From: Promethearchaeota archaeon
GTDB lineage: Archaea; Asgardarchaeota; Lokiarchaeia; Sigyniarchaeales; SOKP01
DNA: 64,000 nucleotides
NCBI GenBank assembly: GCA_013375475.1
Contig: JABXKD010000001.1
Coordinates: 1-64,000 of the forward strand
Direction: 5' to 3'
The position numbers and the translations under genes were made by a program. This document shows positions 39,362-49,290 of the stretch, piece by piece. Each line of letters begins with the position of its first letter. Position 1 is the first letter of the stretch. The notes below the pieces were generated by a model that saw only the letters and a program-made list of their open reading frames with translations, had not been told where the DNA came from and did no database searches.

Positions 39362-40627
39362 ATGAAAAACGATATTACTGTTGGTTTAGATTATAGCCAT
39401 AATAATATGTTAACTTTAGAAGCGTCAAGTTACGCTGATTTTACTCAATTCCTATTTACTTCTGCTTATAAGTTGGGGAAAATTGAAGCGGGATTCCATT
39501 CTTTAGAAAAAATTAAGAATTACAACGCTATTATTATGTCAATACCTAAGAATATAAATTTAGCCCCGAAAGAAATAGAAGTTTTAGAAGAATTTGTGAG
39601 AACAGGAGGTAGTTTACTCATCATCGGTTCTCAGGGTGGAGAATATGCAAATAGAACGAACATTAATGAATTAACGAGAAAGTTTGGATTTGAATTTGTC
39701 ACCGATGAAATAAACGATTCAGTTAATTATGTGAACTTACAGAAAAGGCCTTTGTTAGCTAACTTCAAACCACATTACATCACAGAAAACGTAAAAAAAA
39801 TAATCCTATCAAGCGCTTGTTCATTAGGGACTATAAAACTTACACCAAAAGAAGCAAAGGATATAAAGGTCGAAGTTCTTGTTAGAGGGGGTTTAAATTG
39901 TTGGAGAAGACGATTCGATGGAACAGATTGGATCGAAGAAGACTGCCCTAAAGTTCCACTACTGGTTACTTCAGAGTATTATCATGGTCAAGTGGTGTCG
40001 TTCGGAACGCTCTCGATTTTTTCGTCTCTTGGAAGAGAATATGGGTTTTCTGCTTTTGATAATGACATTATTATAGCAAATATCTTAAGATGGCTTACTT
40101 TAGATATCACGGCTGAAGGAAAAGTTATAACAATTGAGATACAAAGAGATTTATTCCACTGGGCCGATTCTGTTGTCAAGCGAAAGAAATGGGAAAATTT
40201 TTCTGATGTTGTTAATGTTGGTTTAAAGTATTTTAAAGATAATTATAATACGATAATGAAAGAATTAGAAAGCAAACAGCAAGATAGATACCAAATAACA
40301 AGCCGACCTAAAAAAGTAGAGGAAGAAAAGGAAGAAGAAAAAGTAATTGATTTGATTCCTAAAAGAAAAGTAGAAGATTTAGATGACATTATAAGTGCTA
40401 TCGAAGATATTTCGGGAGAAAAGTATGAGCGAACTCTTACTGGAGATGAAGAAGAAGATATTTTGGAAAAAGAAAGTGAGTTTATTGGAGAGCTACCAGG
40501 GGACCTAAATTCTTTAACTGTGAAAGAATTAAAAAGGTTTTGTGCTAAGAACGACATTAATCTGCCTGTTAATTCTCGAAAGGCAGATATCATAAAAATC
40601 ATTAAATATGTTATAGATAATGATTGA
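39362..40627 (+). CDS. GIFT (GldG/IFT52/DUF4350)-like domain, ribbon-helix-helix-like segment and C-terminal SAP/Rho-N-like domain
   Basis: DYSHN, EIEVLEEFVRTGGSLLIIG, NINEL..KFG, DNDIIIANILRWL; VITIEI..DLFHWADSVV..KKWENFSDVV..GL; LNSLTVKELKRFC....I......RKADII. Confidence 0.65.
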   Translation: MKNDITVGLDYSHNNMLTLEASSYADFTQFLFTSAYKLGKIEAGFHSLEKIKNYNAIIMSIPKNINLAPKEIEVLEEFVRTGGSLLIIGSQGGEYANRTNINELTRKFGFEFVTDEINDSVNYVNLQKRPLLANFKPHYITENVKKIILSSACSLGTIKLTPKEAKDIKVEVLVRGGLNCWRRRFDGTDWIEEDCPKVPLLVTSEYYHGQVVSFGTLSIFSSLGREYGFSAFDNDIIIANILRWLTLDITAEGKVITIEIQRDLFHWADSVVKRKKWENFSDVVNVGLKYFKDNYNTIMKELESKQQDRYQITSRPKKVEEEKEEEKVIDLIPKRKVEDLDDIISAIEDISGEKYERTLTGDEEEDILEKESEFIGELPGDLNSLTVKELKRFCAKNDINLPVNSRKADIIKIIKYVIDND

Positions 40628-40702
40628 TTATTTATTTTTAACCTAAAACTAAAAATAACATGCTTCTTTTTTCTAAACTAAGTACCTTGTTTTTAATTAA
40701 TT

Positions 40703-42106
40703 ATGAATCGATTCATATTTGTGTTAGGATCAAACTGGCAGTTATCACTAGCCGAACTTGATAATTTTTTGAAGAATTCGCAAATTAAAGGACGAATTAC
40801 AGATTACTCCGCGAATATCGCTGTGGTTGAGTTTGATGATCTGCATAAAAATAAATATTATATCAATGATTTAATGGAACTTCAATATTTATTAGGAGGA
40901 TGTCAAAAAATTGCTGAAATTTATGATTTTGTGGATATTCAAACATTATTTAGCGCATTCCCACAACAAGTTGAGAAGTTTAAGCTAATTGAAACTAAAA
41001 GAAAAGAAATCCTTAAGGTTATAAACAATTCCCTTCCAAAAATATTTCCAAATATTAAAAATGAAAGTATTTTTTTTGCGGTTTCAATCTATCCTAATCT
41101 TTATGATGACATTTATTACTCCGAAGTAATAGTAAAACACTTCCTTCCCTTTTTGAATACAGAAATAATGGCGCTTATAAATGAAAATGGTGCTAAAAAA
41201 TCGCTTTATTATAAGTATCCCGAGGAAAACTTTAAATCGGGTAATTTAAATCCAATATTTCCACATCATGTTATAAAGTATGGATTATTCAATAAGGATC
41301 GCGCTGAAATCATATTTGGTATCACAGAAGAAGGTTGTTATATAGCAAGAACATTTACTTGTGATGATCCTAATTTTAAAAAGAAAACAGATGAGGAAAG
41401 ACCTTTCAAAGAGTTTAAAAGCGCTATCTCGCCAAAATTAGCGTTAATTATGCTGAATTTTTTAAATTTATTCGAGGAAAGAGAAAAGAAAAAAATTTTA
41501 GATCCATTTGTGGGAAATGGAACCATTTTGTTATTTGGGTTAATTGAAGATTTCCAAGTTTATGGCTCTGACATCGACGATGTTAAAGTTAAAAATACAT
41601 TACGTAATCTTAACTGGTTATTAAACGAACTTGAAGAACCTATTCCTTATATGCTAAATGAAAATATTAGACAAACAGATATCAATAAGTTATCCTCTAT
41701 TTTTGATAGAGAACAATTTGATGGGATTACGACTGAGCCGGATTTAGGCCCTTTTTATAATGAAAGACCCTACTATACCGAAGTAAAAAAACTAATCGAT
41801 TTAAAATTAAACCAGAAATATGAAGCTACATTTCGAGAAGCTTATAAAGTTTTAAAACCAAATGCTAGAATTAGTATTGTTGCACCTATTTTCAGTACAG
41901 TCGATGGCGGTGATATAACACTTAACATGGAGGAACTCGCCAGGAAACATAATTTTAAACCTATCCCCCTACTCGACTTAAATAGGATCGCAAATAAATC
42001 GAATCAAAAGCTCCAGTTTCAGCAAAAACACGTGAAAGCTATGATAGATGCTAAAAAAGGCCAAATTGTGAAAAGAAAAATATATGTTTTTGAGAAAGTG
42101 AATTAA
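40703..42106 (+). CDS. Trm11/UPF0020-type RNA methyltransferase
   Basis: LS.AEL, ISPKLA.IMLN, ILDPFVGNGT, TEPDLG. Confidence 0.78.
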   Translation: MNRFIFVLGSNWQLSLAELDNFLKNSQIKGRITDYSANIAVVEFDDLHKNKYYINDLMELQYLLGGCQKIAEIYDFVDIQTLFSAFPQQVEKFKLIETKRKEILKVINNSLPKIFPNIKNESIFFAVSIYPNLYDDIYYSEVIVKHFLPFLNTEIMALINENGAKKSLYYKYPEENFKSGNLNPIFPHHVIKYGLFNKDRAEIIFGITEEGCYIARTFTCDDPNFKKKTDEERPFKEFKSAISPKLALIMLNFLNLFEEREKKKILDPFVGNGTILLFGLIEDFQVYGSDIDDVKVKNTLRNLNWLLNELEEPIPYMLNENIRQTDINKLSSIFDREQFDGITTEPDLGPFYNERPYYTEVKKLIDLKLNQKYEATFREAYKVLKPNARISIVAPIFSTVDGGDITLNMEELARKHNFKPIPLLDLNRIANKSNQKLQFQQKHVKAMIDAKKGQIVKRKIYVFEKVN

Positions 42107-42118
42107 TCTGAAAGAATC

Positions 42119-42787
42119 ATGGACTATAAAGAATTCCTAGATACTATCAGTGAAGCAATTAAAGGTGAAGCACATCTAGACCAGCTAGCACGAAAAAAAC
42201 AAGATCCATTTAAAATCCTAATTTCTACAATTTTATCAGCCAGAACGAGAGATTCTAACACAGAAGAAGCAACCAAAACTTTGTTTAATAAATATAGCAC
42301 TCCTGAACGTATCGCTAATGCTGATGTTGAGGAATTGGAAAAGTTAATTTATAAGGCTGGGTTCTACAAGGTAAAAGCAGCTCGCATTAAAGAAGTATCT
42401 CGATTAATAAAAGAGGAATTCGATAGTGTAGTTCCTGACGACTTTGAAGATTTAATCTCCTTACCTGGTGTCGGGGCAAAAACAGCGAACTGTGTATTAG
42501 TCTACGCTTTTAAAACTCCAGCAATACCCGTAGATACTCATGTGCATAGAATTCCAAACAGATTAGGGTGGATTAAGACGAAAAAACCAGAAGAAACCGA
42601 AAAGGAATTAAAAAAGATCATTCCCAAAGATCAATGGATTCGCATAAACAGGGTATTTGTAAGATTTGGTCAAGAAATTTGCCTTCCAAATCACCCTAAA
42701 TGTGATTTATGTCCGATTAATTCTACATGTAAAAAAGATTTCTCAATGGAACTAGCCTTAAAAAACAAGAAAAAGAAGAAGAGCTAA
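42119..42787 (+). CDS. nth: endonuclease III
   Basis: ISTILSARTRD, LPGVGAKTA, VDTHVHRI, C-X6-C-X2-C-X5-C Fe-S motif. Confidence 0.95.
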   Translation: MDYKEFLDTISEAIKGEAHLDQLARKKQDPFKILISTILSARTRDSNTEEATKTLFNKYSTPERIANADVEELEKLIYKAGFYKVKAARIKEVSRLIKEEFDSVVPDDFEDLISLPGVGAKTANCVLVYAFKTPAIPVDTHVHRIPNRLGWIKTKKPEETEKELKKIIPKDQWIRINRVFVRFGQEICLPNHPKCDLCPINSTCKKDFSMELALKNKKKKKS

Positions 42788-43368
42788 TATTGGTATCCGG
42801 CAGTGGATTTTTTGTTTCTTTTAAAAAGATATCCCATTAAAAATCCACCTAATAAGCCAAAAATATGAGCAAAATAGTTAATTCCAGGAGCAAAGGAAGA
42901 AAATACAAAATAAAAAACATACATCAAACCAAGAAATATTAATGGAGTGTCTCGCTGTATAATTAAAATTGAGAATGCGGCCCCAATTAATCCAAAAATC
43001 GCACCTGATGCACCAAGACTTATCGTGTTTAAAGGTAAAAATAACATTGAGAAAAAACTCCCAATTAACCCTGATGTGAAGTAAATAATAATAAACTGAT
43101 ATTTAAAAAAGCTGCGCTCAACATAAGCTCCAAAAATCAAAAGTGATACCATGTTCGAGAAGAGATGAAAAGCATTTCCATGTAAGAACATTGAAGTAAA
43201 AAGACGCCATACCTCTAAATCGTTTATTATTTTAGAATTGATCTGAACTAAGAGATAAAAGACATCTTCGAATGCAAATGAAAAGAATAAGAATAAGAGC
43301 GTGTTTATAGAAATTAGAAATATTGTTATCCTTGCTTTTTTAATATTTGACGCGTCTAAGATAAACAT
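42784..43368 (-). CDS. rhomboid intramembrane serine protease
   Basis: WRLFTSMFLH, HLFSNM, GASGAIFG, AHIFG. Confidence 0.95.
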   Translation of the reverse strand: MFILDASNIKKARITIFLISINTLLFLFFSFAFEDVFYLLVQINSKIINDLEVWRLFTSMFLHGNAFHLFSNMVSLLIFGAYVERSFFKYQFIIIYFTSGLIGSFFSMLFLPLNTISLGASGAIFGLIGAAFSILIIQRDTPLIFLGLMYVFYFVFSSFAPGINYFAHIFGLLGGFLMGYLFKRNKKSTAGYQY

Positions 43369-43468
43369 ACAAGAATCTCAAATTATAAGTGACGGAATTA
43401 GATGTATATTATATTTAAATATAAAAAGGTATAATAAGTATAAAATTTATCATTATTTTGTTGATACT

Positions 43469-44587
43469 ATGGAAAATAGGAGATTGTTTCGGTCAAAAAT
43501 ACAGCTATTATTTTCGCTCCATTTTAATGGCTATCTGAGAGATATTAGGTTATTTAAGGCTTTTTTAGATGTTCCTCTAAAGGAATTTATACCAAACGAA
43601 ATACAAGACCAAGTTAGAATTTATAGTGACGCTCCAGTCTTATTTTACCTAGATAAAGAGAACCCTGCGTCCCTTAGAACAATTTCTGCCCCCCATATGA
43701 TTTCAATTATGTTACAAGAATTAATTTTAAACGATGACGATGACTTACTTATTTTAGGAGCCAAAAGTGGATATATTGCCGTTTTAGCTCATAAGTTAGC
43801 TCCAAAGGGCAAGATTGTAATTTTGGAAGCTAATTCGAAAATAGCTAAAATTACTGCTGAAAACTTAAAAAATCAAAATATAAACGGAGAGATAGAAGTT
43901 ATAGTAAAAAATCCGCTTGATGGGTTTTCGGAGTTAAGCCCGTGGCAAAAAATTCTTGTAACTGGCGCTATAGCGCAAGAACGGATTTATCCCTTACTAA
44001 AGCAATTAGATTCTGAAGGTGTATTATTTGCTCCCATTGGAGAAAATTACTTGCAAACATATACTCAGATCATTCGCTTTGAGAACGAATTCTATGGAAA
44101 AAAATACCTTCAAGTACGATTTACACCTCTTATCACTCAAATTGAGTTAGAGGAATTAAAACTTATAACTGATATAGACGAACTTGAAGCACATACCGAT
44201 TCACATAAAACTGATAAACTGAAAAATGCATTTCACAGTGGAAATATTAACATTAACTACACTTCTGATGTTTTAGATGAAGTGAGATTAGAACCTTACT
44301 CAAAAAAAAATTCGTACGAGATCAACGATGAGAGTATTTACGATGCCATTAAAGAACATATGGAACACTCTATCAATACAAAAAACAAAAAGGAAAACCG
44401 AGAATATTTAGAAAATATAAACATTTCTTTAGAACAAATTAAGGAACTAATTGGTAGACTAAAGAGAGACATTAGAGAAAAGGGTATTGTTGATCCGAGA
44501 TTTGTTGAAAAAAAAGTTGAACTTATAGAAAAATACCAATTCGAAGTGAATAGTGTACAAGATAGGTTAATAAAAGATATACCTTAA
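43469..44587 (+). CDS. protein-L-isoaspartate O-methyltransferase-like protein with C-terminal helical extension
   Basis: AF.DVP..EFIP, TISAPHM, LILGAKSGY, PW.KI.VTGA, QL...G.L.APIG, VRFTPL; ATG 43469 avoids overlap with the rhomboid gene. Confidence 0.75.
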   Translation: MENRRLFRSKIQLLFSLHFNGYLRDIRLFKAFLDVPLKEFIPNEIQDQVRIYSDAPVLFYLDKENPASLRTISAPHMISIMLQELILNDDDDLLILGAKSGYIAVLAHKLAPKGKIVILEANSKIAKITAENLKNQNINGEIEVIVKNPLDGFSELSPWQKILVTGAIAQERIYPLLKQLDSEGVLFAPIGENYLQTYTQIIRFENEFYGKKYLQVRFTPLITQIELEELKLITDIDELEAHTDSHKTDKLKNAFHSGNININYTSDVLDEVRLEPYSKKNSYEINDESIYDAIKEHMEHSINTKNKKENREYLENINISLEQIKELIGRLKRDIREKGIVDPRFVEKKVELIEKYQFEVNSVQDRLIKDIP

Positions 44588-44613
44588 TTATATATACCCC
44601 AAATTATGTTTTG

Positions 44614-45462
44614 ATGGATCAAAATAACGAATACTTTTGGAGTATTATCTCGCAATTTAATAGTTATATGAAATCTGCGATTGACGGTCCAAATTGTATA
44701 AATCCTCAGATTTGTAAAGGTGATTGTTGTTCCATTAAAATTGATGTTCCTAAGGTTCTTGCTAAAGAATATATTCGAAATGGATATGCAAAAATAAATG
44801 ATTTTATTAGAAGTAATATTTTTTCGTTTCAATTAAGATTTAATGAGAAAACTGGGAAATGTTTCTTATTTGATAAAGAAATTAACGGATGCTCAATTCA
44901 CAATTCTGGAATAAAACCACCCCAATGCTGGATTTATCCAACAGGTTTCTCAAATCCAAATAATGAACAAATAAAGTGTAAGAAAACAGCAGGATGGAAA
45001 ATTATCGATTTTTATAAAGCAAAGCAAGCTGAAAGCCTCTTACAGTATTTTATCTTCTTATGTAAAATTGAAGCCAAAAAAGAGCTAAAACTTATTCAAA
45101 GAAGATTAAATAATTCATATAATTCACAAAACCAAGCATTTTCTCTTAAGGAGGAATTGCGAAAGATTCCTCCAAGTAACTTAGGAGGTTTTAATGATCT
45201 ATGGGATCACATAAGCCTTCTACCAGCAGAAGGGTTATCCTTACAAATGAAAAAATTTTGTGCTCACTATAATAAAAATTGCACGTATCTTGCAGATAAT
45301 TTCATTAATTGTCCTAATATTTGCGAAGTGATATCGACTAAGTTAGTAGAATTTTTACATTATAATTTGTTTAACTATATTAAGGAAGAAGGCGCTGATG
45401 TAAGCGGTGAATACCCCTTGTATAAATTATTCAAATTCAAGAAATTCCCCTTTTTTCAGTAA
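44614..45462 (+). CDS. YkgJ/UPF0153 cysteine-cluster (Zn/Fe-S) protein
   Basis: C....CKGDCC, CFLFD....CSIH...KPPQCWIYP; extra C-terminal Cys cluster. Confidence 0.75.
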   Translation: MDQNNEYFWSIISQFNSYMKSAIDGPNCINPQICKGDCCSIKIDVPKVLAKEYIRNGYAKINDFIRSNIFSFQLRFNEKTGKCFLFDKEINGCSIHNSGIKPPQCWIYPTGFSNPNNEQIKCKKTAGWKIIDFYKAKQAESLLQYFIFLCKIEAKKELKLIQRRLNNSYNSQNQAFSLKEELRKIPPSNLGGFNDLWDHISLLPAEGLSLQMKKFCAHYNKNCTYLADNFINCPNICEVISTKLVEFLHYNLFNYIKEEGADVSGEYPLYKLFKFKKFPFFQ

Positions 45463-45640
45463 AATTGTTTTTAAAAGATTTTTGTCGGTAAGTCCGAGGG
45501 CTGTAAATTTTTTTGTAATACGAGTATTCCAGTGATAATATCTATGTATTACTTATTTTTAAGATTGGTTTTCATGTCTATCTAAATAACACTTATATAT
45601 TACTTAAGAAATATATTTATATAAAACTCAAAGTGATTTT

Positions 45641-46009
45641 ATGGAATTAGGGGATAAAACCTTATCAGAGTTAACCGAAAAAGTATTTTCTGAGAAATAC
45701 GATTTTATTGACGGTCCACAAAAATTAAAAGGGAGATCGGGAAAATTTTGGACATTTAATGCTGTTATTAGCGATAAAAAATACGGTAAATATGGAGTTT
45801 TCGTCCGAGACTGGAAAAGGGAAATTTCTATTACACAGTTGCGTCAACTTCATAAAGCTTGCGTTGATATCCCTGACATTGAAGGGGGGATTATGGTATG
45901 TAACATTGCCACCGATTTTTCTCGGGATTATAGTTCTCAATTTGGAATTCAGTTACTTTCAAGAGGACACCTAGTTTCTAAGCTCAGAAATAGAGAATAT
46001 CAATTTTAA
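45641..46009 (+). CDS. Mrr-like PD-(D/E)xK fold protein, probably catalytically degenerate
   Basis: KGRSG...FN, VFVRDWKREI, GGIMVC....DFSRDY...GIQLL. Confidence 0.6.
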   Translation: MELGDKTLSELTEKVFSEKYDFIDGPQKLKGRSGKFWTFNAVISDKKYGKYGVFVRDWKREISITQLRQLHKACVDIPDIEGGIMVCNIATDFSRDYSSQFGIQLLSRGHLVSKLRNREYQF

Positions 46010-46122
46010 AATTTATTAATTCTTCTACATATTTTCGTAAGAACAAAAATTTATTTAATTCTTATTCTGTACAGTTAAGTGTACTATATAGGATAATTTT
46101 TAAATTTCCAAAGTGGACAAAA

Positions 46123-47307
46123 TTGCTTACTAATAGAGTTAAAGGCGTTGAGTATGCGATAAGAGAAATCGCTGCTGTTGCTCATGAAGTAGCTAAAAGT
46201 GGTAAACAAGTATACCATTTAAATATTGGAGATCCCGTTTCTTATGACTTCCCTACCCCAGAATTTATATCTGAGGCGTTATTCAACGCAAGTAAAAAAG
46301 GTAAAAATTTTTATGTCAATTCACTAGGCGTTGTTGAACTAAGAGAAGAACTAAGTAAAAATCTTAAAAAAAATCAAAATCTCGATATTGGAGCTGATGA
46401 CATTCTCGTTACTTCTGGAGTTACAGAAGGAATTAATTTTATTGTTTCAAGTTTAATAGAAAATGGTAGAGAATTACTAATACCAGGTCCTTCTTATCCC
46501 CTGTATATAAATTACACAAATTTTTACGATGGAAAGCCTGTAGAATACGAACTTGATGAGGATCAAGGTTGGGAACCTAATATTGAAGATTTGAGGAAAA
46601 AAATCACAGACAAAACGCAAGCAATTTTGATCTGTTCTCCTAATAACCCTACCGGTGTTCTTTATGGAGAACAAAAAATCAAAGAGATCATAGATTTAGC
46701 AGGAGAATATGATCTACCCGTTTTATCCGATGAGATTTACGACCAGATTACTTATGATAAACCGTATGTATGTCCTGCATCGCTAAGTAAAGATGTGCCC
46801 GTAATCGGATTGAATGGTTTTTCAAAAACTCATTTAGTAACGGGATGGAGGCTAGGATATCTCTATTATCACGATCCTGAAAATAAACTTGAAGAACTCA
46901 AGAATGGTATAGCCAAACTGGCAAGGGCTAGATTATCGTCCAGCTCAGTGGCTCAATTTGCCGCAGTGGATATTTTAAAGACGCCAAGCAATCACACTGT
47001 AGACATGGTAAGAAAATTAAAGGAACGACGAGATTATTCCTATGATAGACTCAGAAGAATTGAAGGAATCAGCTGTGTTAAGCCTAATGGGGCGTTTTAT
47101 CTTTTTCCTAAATTAGATTTAACTGAATTAGGAAGATGGAAGACTGATAAGGAATTAGTTGTAGAATTGCTAAAGGAAACAGGTGTATGTGGTGTCTACG
47201 GTTCTGGTTTTGGAAACTACGGAAAGGGACATATGAGATTAACCTTCTTGCCTAAAAAAGAAATTCTTGAAACCGTTTACAACCTAATAGAAGATTTTCT
47301 ACAGTAA
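46123..47307 (+). CDS. class I/II PLP aminotransferase (alanine aminotransferase-like)
   Basis: VEYAIRE, LNIGDP, SPNNPTG, SDEIYD, GFSK..LVTGWRLG, GAFY; TTG start. Confidence 0.92.
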   Translation: MLTNRVKGVEYAIREIAAVAHEVAKSGKQVYHLNIGDPVSYDFPTPEFISEALFNASKKGKNFYVNSLGVVELREELSKNLKKNQNLDIGADDILVTSGVTEGINFIVSSLIENGRELLIPGPSYPLYINYTNFYDGKPVEYELDEDQGWEPNIEDLRKKITDKTQAILICSPNNPTGVLYGEQKIKEIIDLAGEYDLPVLSDEIYDQITYDKPYVCPASLSKDVPVIGLNGFSKTHLVTGWRLGYLYYHDPENKLEELKNGIAKLARARLSSSSVAQFAAVDILKTPSNHTVDMVRKLKERRDYSYDRLRRIEGISCVKPNGAFYLFPKLDLTELGRWKTDKELVVELLKETGVCGVYGSGFGNYGKGHMRLTFLPKKEILETVYNLIEDFLQ

Positions 47308-47490
47308 AGCGTTTCTAACTTGGTTTTAAAAACTATTAAATTGCTAAAGTCCCACAAAATTAAAAAAGATAAAACCTAAATAATTTAAAAGAACAGAAAA
47401 TCTCCTAACTAGGGATTAATAGCATTCTTTATTTATATAGATCGAATAATTATTATATTAATTAAAAATATAACTCGATGGTAAATTGCC

Positions 47491-49239
47491 ATGATTATTA
47501 GAATCAACTCTATAGAAAGCACTATTGAAGTTTTTCACGAACATTACTTACATCTTCATGGGTTTTTAAAAATAAGTGCTGAAGATAAAAAAAATAACAA
47601 AGAGTATACGATTATTGTTCAAGTACTTAACGTGCAAACAATCTCAGATTACATCATGACGCGCCAACAATTAAGAAATGTAGAAATAAGTGACTATATC
47701 AAAGATTTATTGGAAATGGAATTACAATACATTATTCAAGGGCGTCCAATTGTTTGCATTGAAAAAGATACAATAACTAAGAAAGAGAGAGCGAATGTGA
47801 TTAATGTCTTTTTCTTAATTGAAGATTTAATGGAAAAAGGGATATTAAAACCTCACACAATGGAAGTGTCAGCAGTACAAAGCGATAAAGCAGAGTATCT
47901 AAAAGCCATCTTTACTCCCGATGGAATTTTTATGGGCACTTTAGCTTCCGAAAGAAACGTTAATGTTTATTTTCCCTTTAAATTTCTAAATTATCACTTT
48001 TTCATAGCGGGAGCAACAGGATCCGGAAAGTCAAATTTAAACCAAGTTTTTATTGATGGATTGCTTCAGCATAACGCTAATGTCATTATGAGCGGAAAAG
48101 GTAATAGAGCTTCGATGTTAGCGATTGATGTGCACGATGAGTACGCTTTAGGGTGCGTAGAATATGGGATTTACGACATTTATAATGCGTCTGAAAATAA
48201 TAAGCAATTATTTGGTAAATGGTTTTATTTATATCCTAACAAAGGAGAACCCCCCGCAGAACTTAAAAGCATGTCGGAACCGTGTATCATCAATCTTCAA
48301 GAGATTAAACCAGAGGATTTATTTTCTACTGGTACATTTAACGACCTACAAGTAGGTGCTGTCCATTCTGCCTATCGAGATAAAAAGGAAGACTTTATTG
48401 AAAATTTATTAGATGAGTTATATATTCCTCCAGGAAATCACAACGAAAGAACAATAGCTGCTGTACGAAGAAGATTACATTGGTTAACTTATTCAAACAT
48501 GTTTCAGTCGAAAGCTAGCAGTAAATTGCCTAAGATTATTAAAAAACTAGAAAAAGGACAGTTAATCGTCTTTAACGTTTCAATGATTTCTGATCTTGAA
48601 CAATTTCTTTTTAACAGCGTTTTAGCGAGAACATTGTTTGATATTAGAAAATCCTTAAAATCGTCAACAGATTTCACTTCCTTTGAGCACAAATTAGAAC
48701 GGAATTTACCAAAGCCCTTCTACGATGTGTTTAAAAAAAATTTACCAAAGTTATATGTTAAAGCCGGAAACAAACTCAAAGACTCTTTAGATTTACCTAT
48801 CGTAATTTTTACAATTGAAGAAGCTCCAAGCTTGTTAAGACCAGATATGATGAGATACAGTAATGTATTCAAAGACATATCCCGTCAAGGAAGAAAGTTC
48901 AATTTGGCTCTTGAAGTGATTTCTCAACAATATTCCCCTATAGATGATACGATCTTATCTAATATGAATACTGTCATAAATTTACCGCTCCGATCAGAAA
49001 AAGAAAAATCTCTTGCTGCAAAAACTTTGGGTGGGGGTATCCAACAATCAGATCTCGAATCGTTAACGGGGACGAGAGGAATAGGATTAATCTCTGCAAT
49101 ATGGTTGACAAATTTTCAAAAATTAAGAATTCCGTTGTATGATGAGTATTTTGAAGAAGTCTCAGAAAAATTTTACATAGATTTTGCTAATATAATGAAA
49201 AAGAAAAATCCATCTCCCCCACCAACAAGTTTGCCTTAA
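47491..49239 (+). CDS. herA: HerA helicase/translocase
   Basis: HFFIAGATGSGKS, IDVHDEY, IEEAP, RQGRKF..L.VISQ, ILSNMNT; operon context. Confidence 0.88.
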   Translation: MIIRINSIESTIEVFHEHYLHLHGFLKISAEDKKNNKEYTIIVQVLNVQTISDYIMTRQQLRNVEISDYIKDLLEMELQYIIQGRPIVCIEKDTITKKERANVINVFFLIEDLMEKGILKPHTMEVSAVQSDKAEYLKAIFTPDGIFMGTLASERNVNVYFPFKFLNYHFFIAGATGSGKSNLNQVFIDGLLQHNANVIMSGKGNRASMLAIDVHDEYALGCVEYGIYDIYNASENNKQLFGKWFYLYPNKGEPPAELKSMSEPCIINLQEIKPEDLFSTGTFNDLQVGAVHSAYRDKKEDFIENLLDELYIPPGNHNERTIAAVRRRLHWLTYSNMFQSKASSKLPKIIKKLEKGQLIVFNVSMISDLEQFLFNSVLARTLFDIRKSLKSSTDFTSFEHKLERNLPKPFYDVFKKNLPKLYVKAGNKLKDSLDLPIVIFTIEEAPSLLRPDMMRYSNVFKDISRQGRKFNLALEVISQQYSPIDDTILSNMNTVINLPLRSEKEKSLAAKTLGGGIQQSDLESLTGTRGIGLISAIWLTNFQKLRIPLYDEYFEEVSEKFYIDFANIMKKKNPSPPPTSLP

Positions 49240-49290
49240 AAATTAAATCCGAGGTGTAACCGAATTTCTTTTGATTTTGAATTAATCTCA

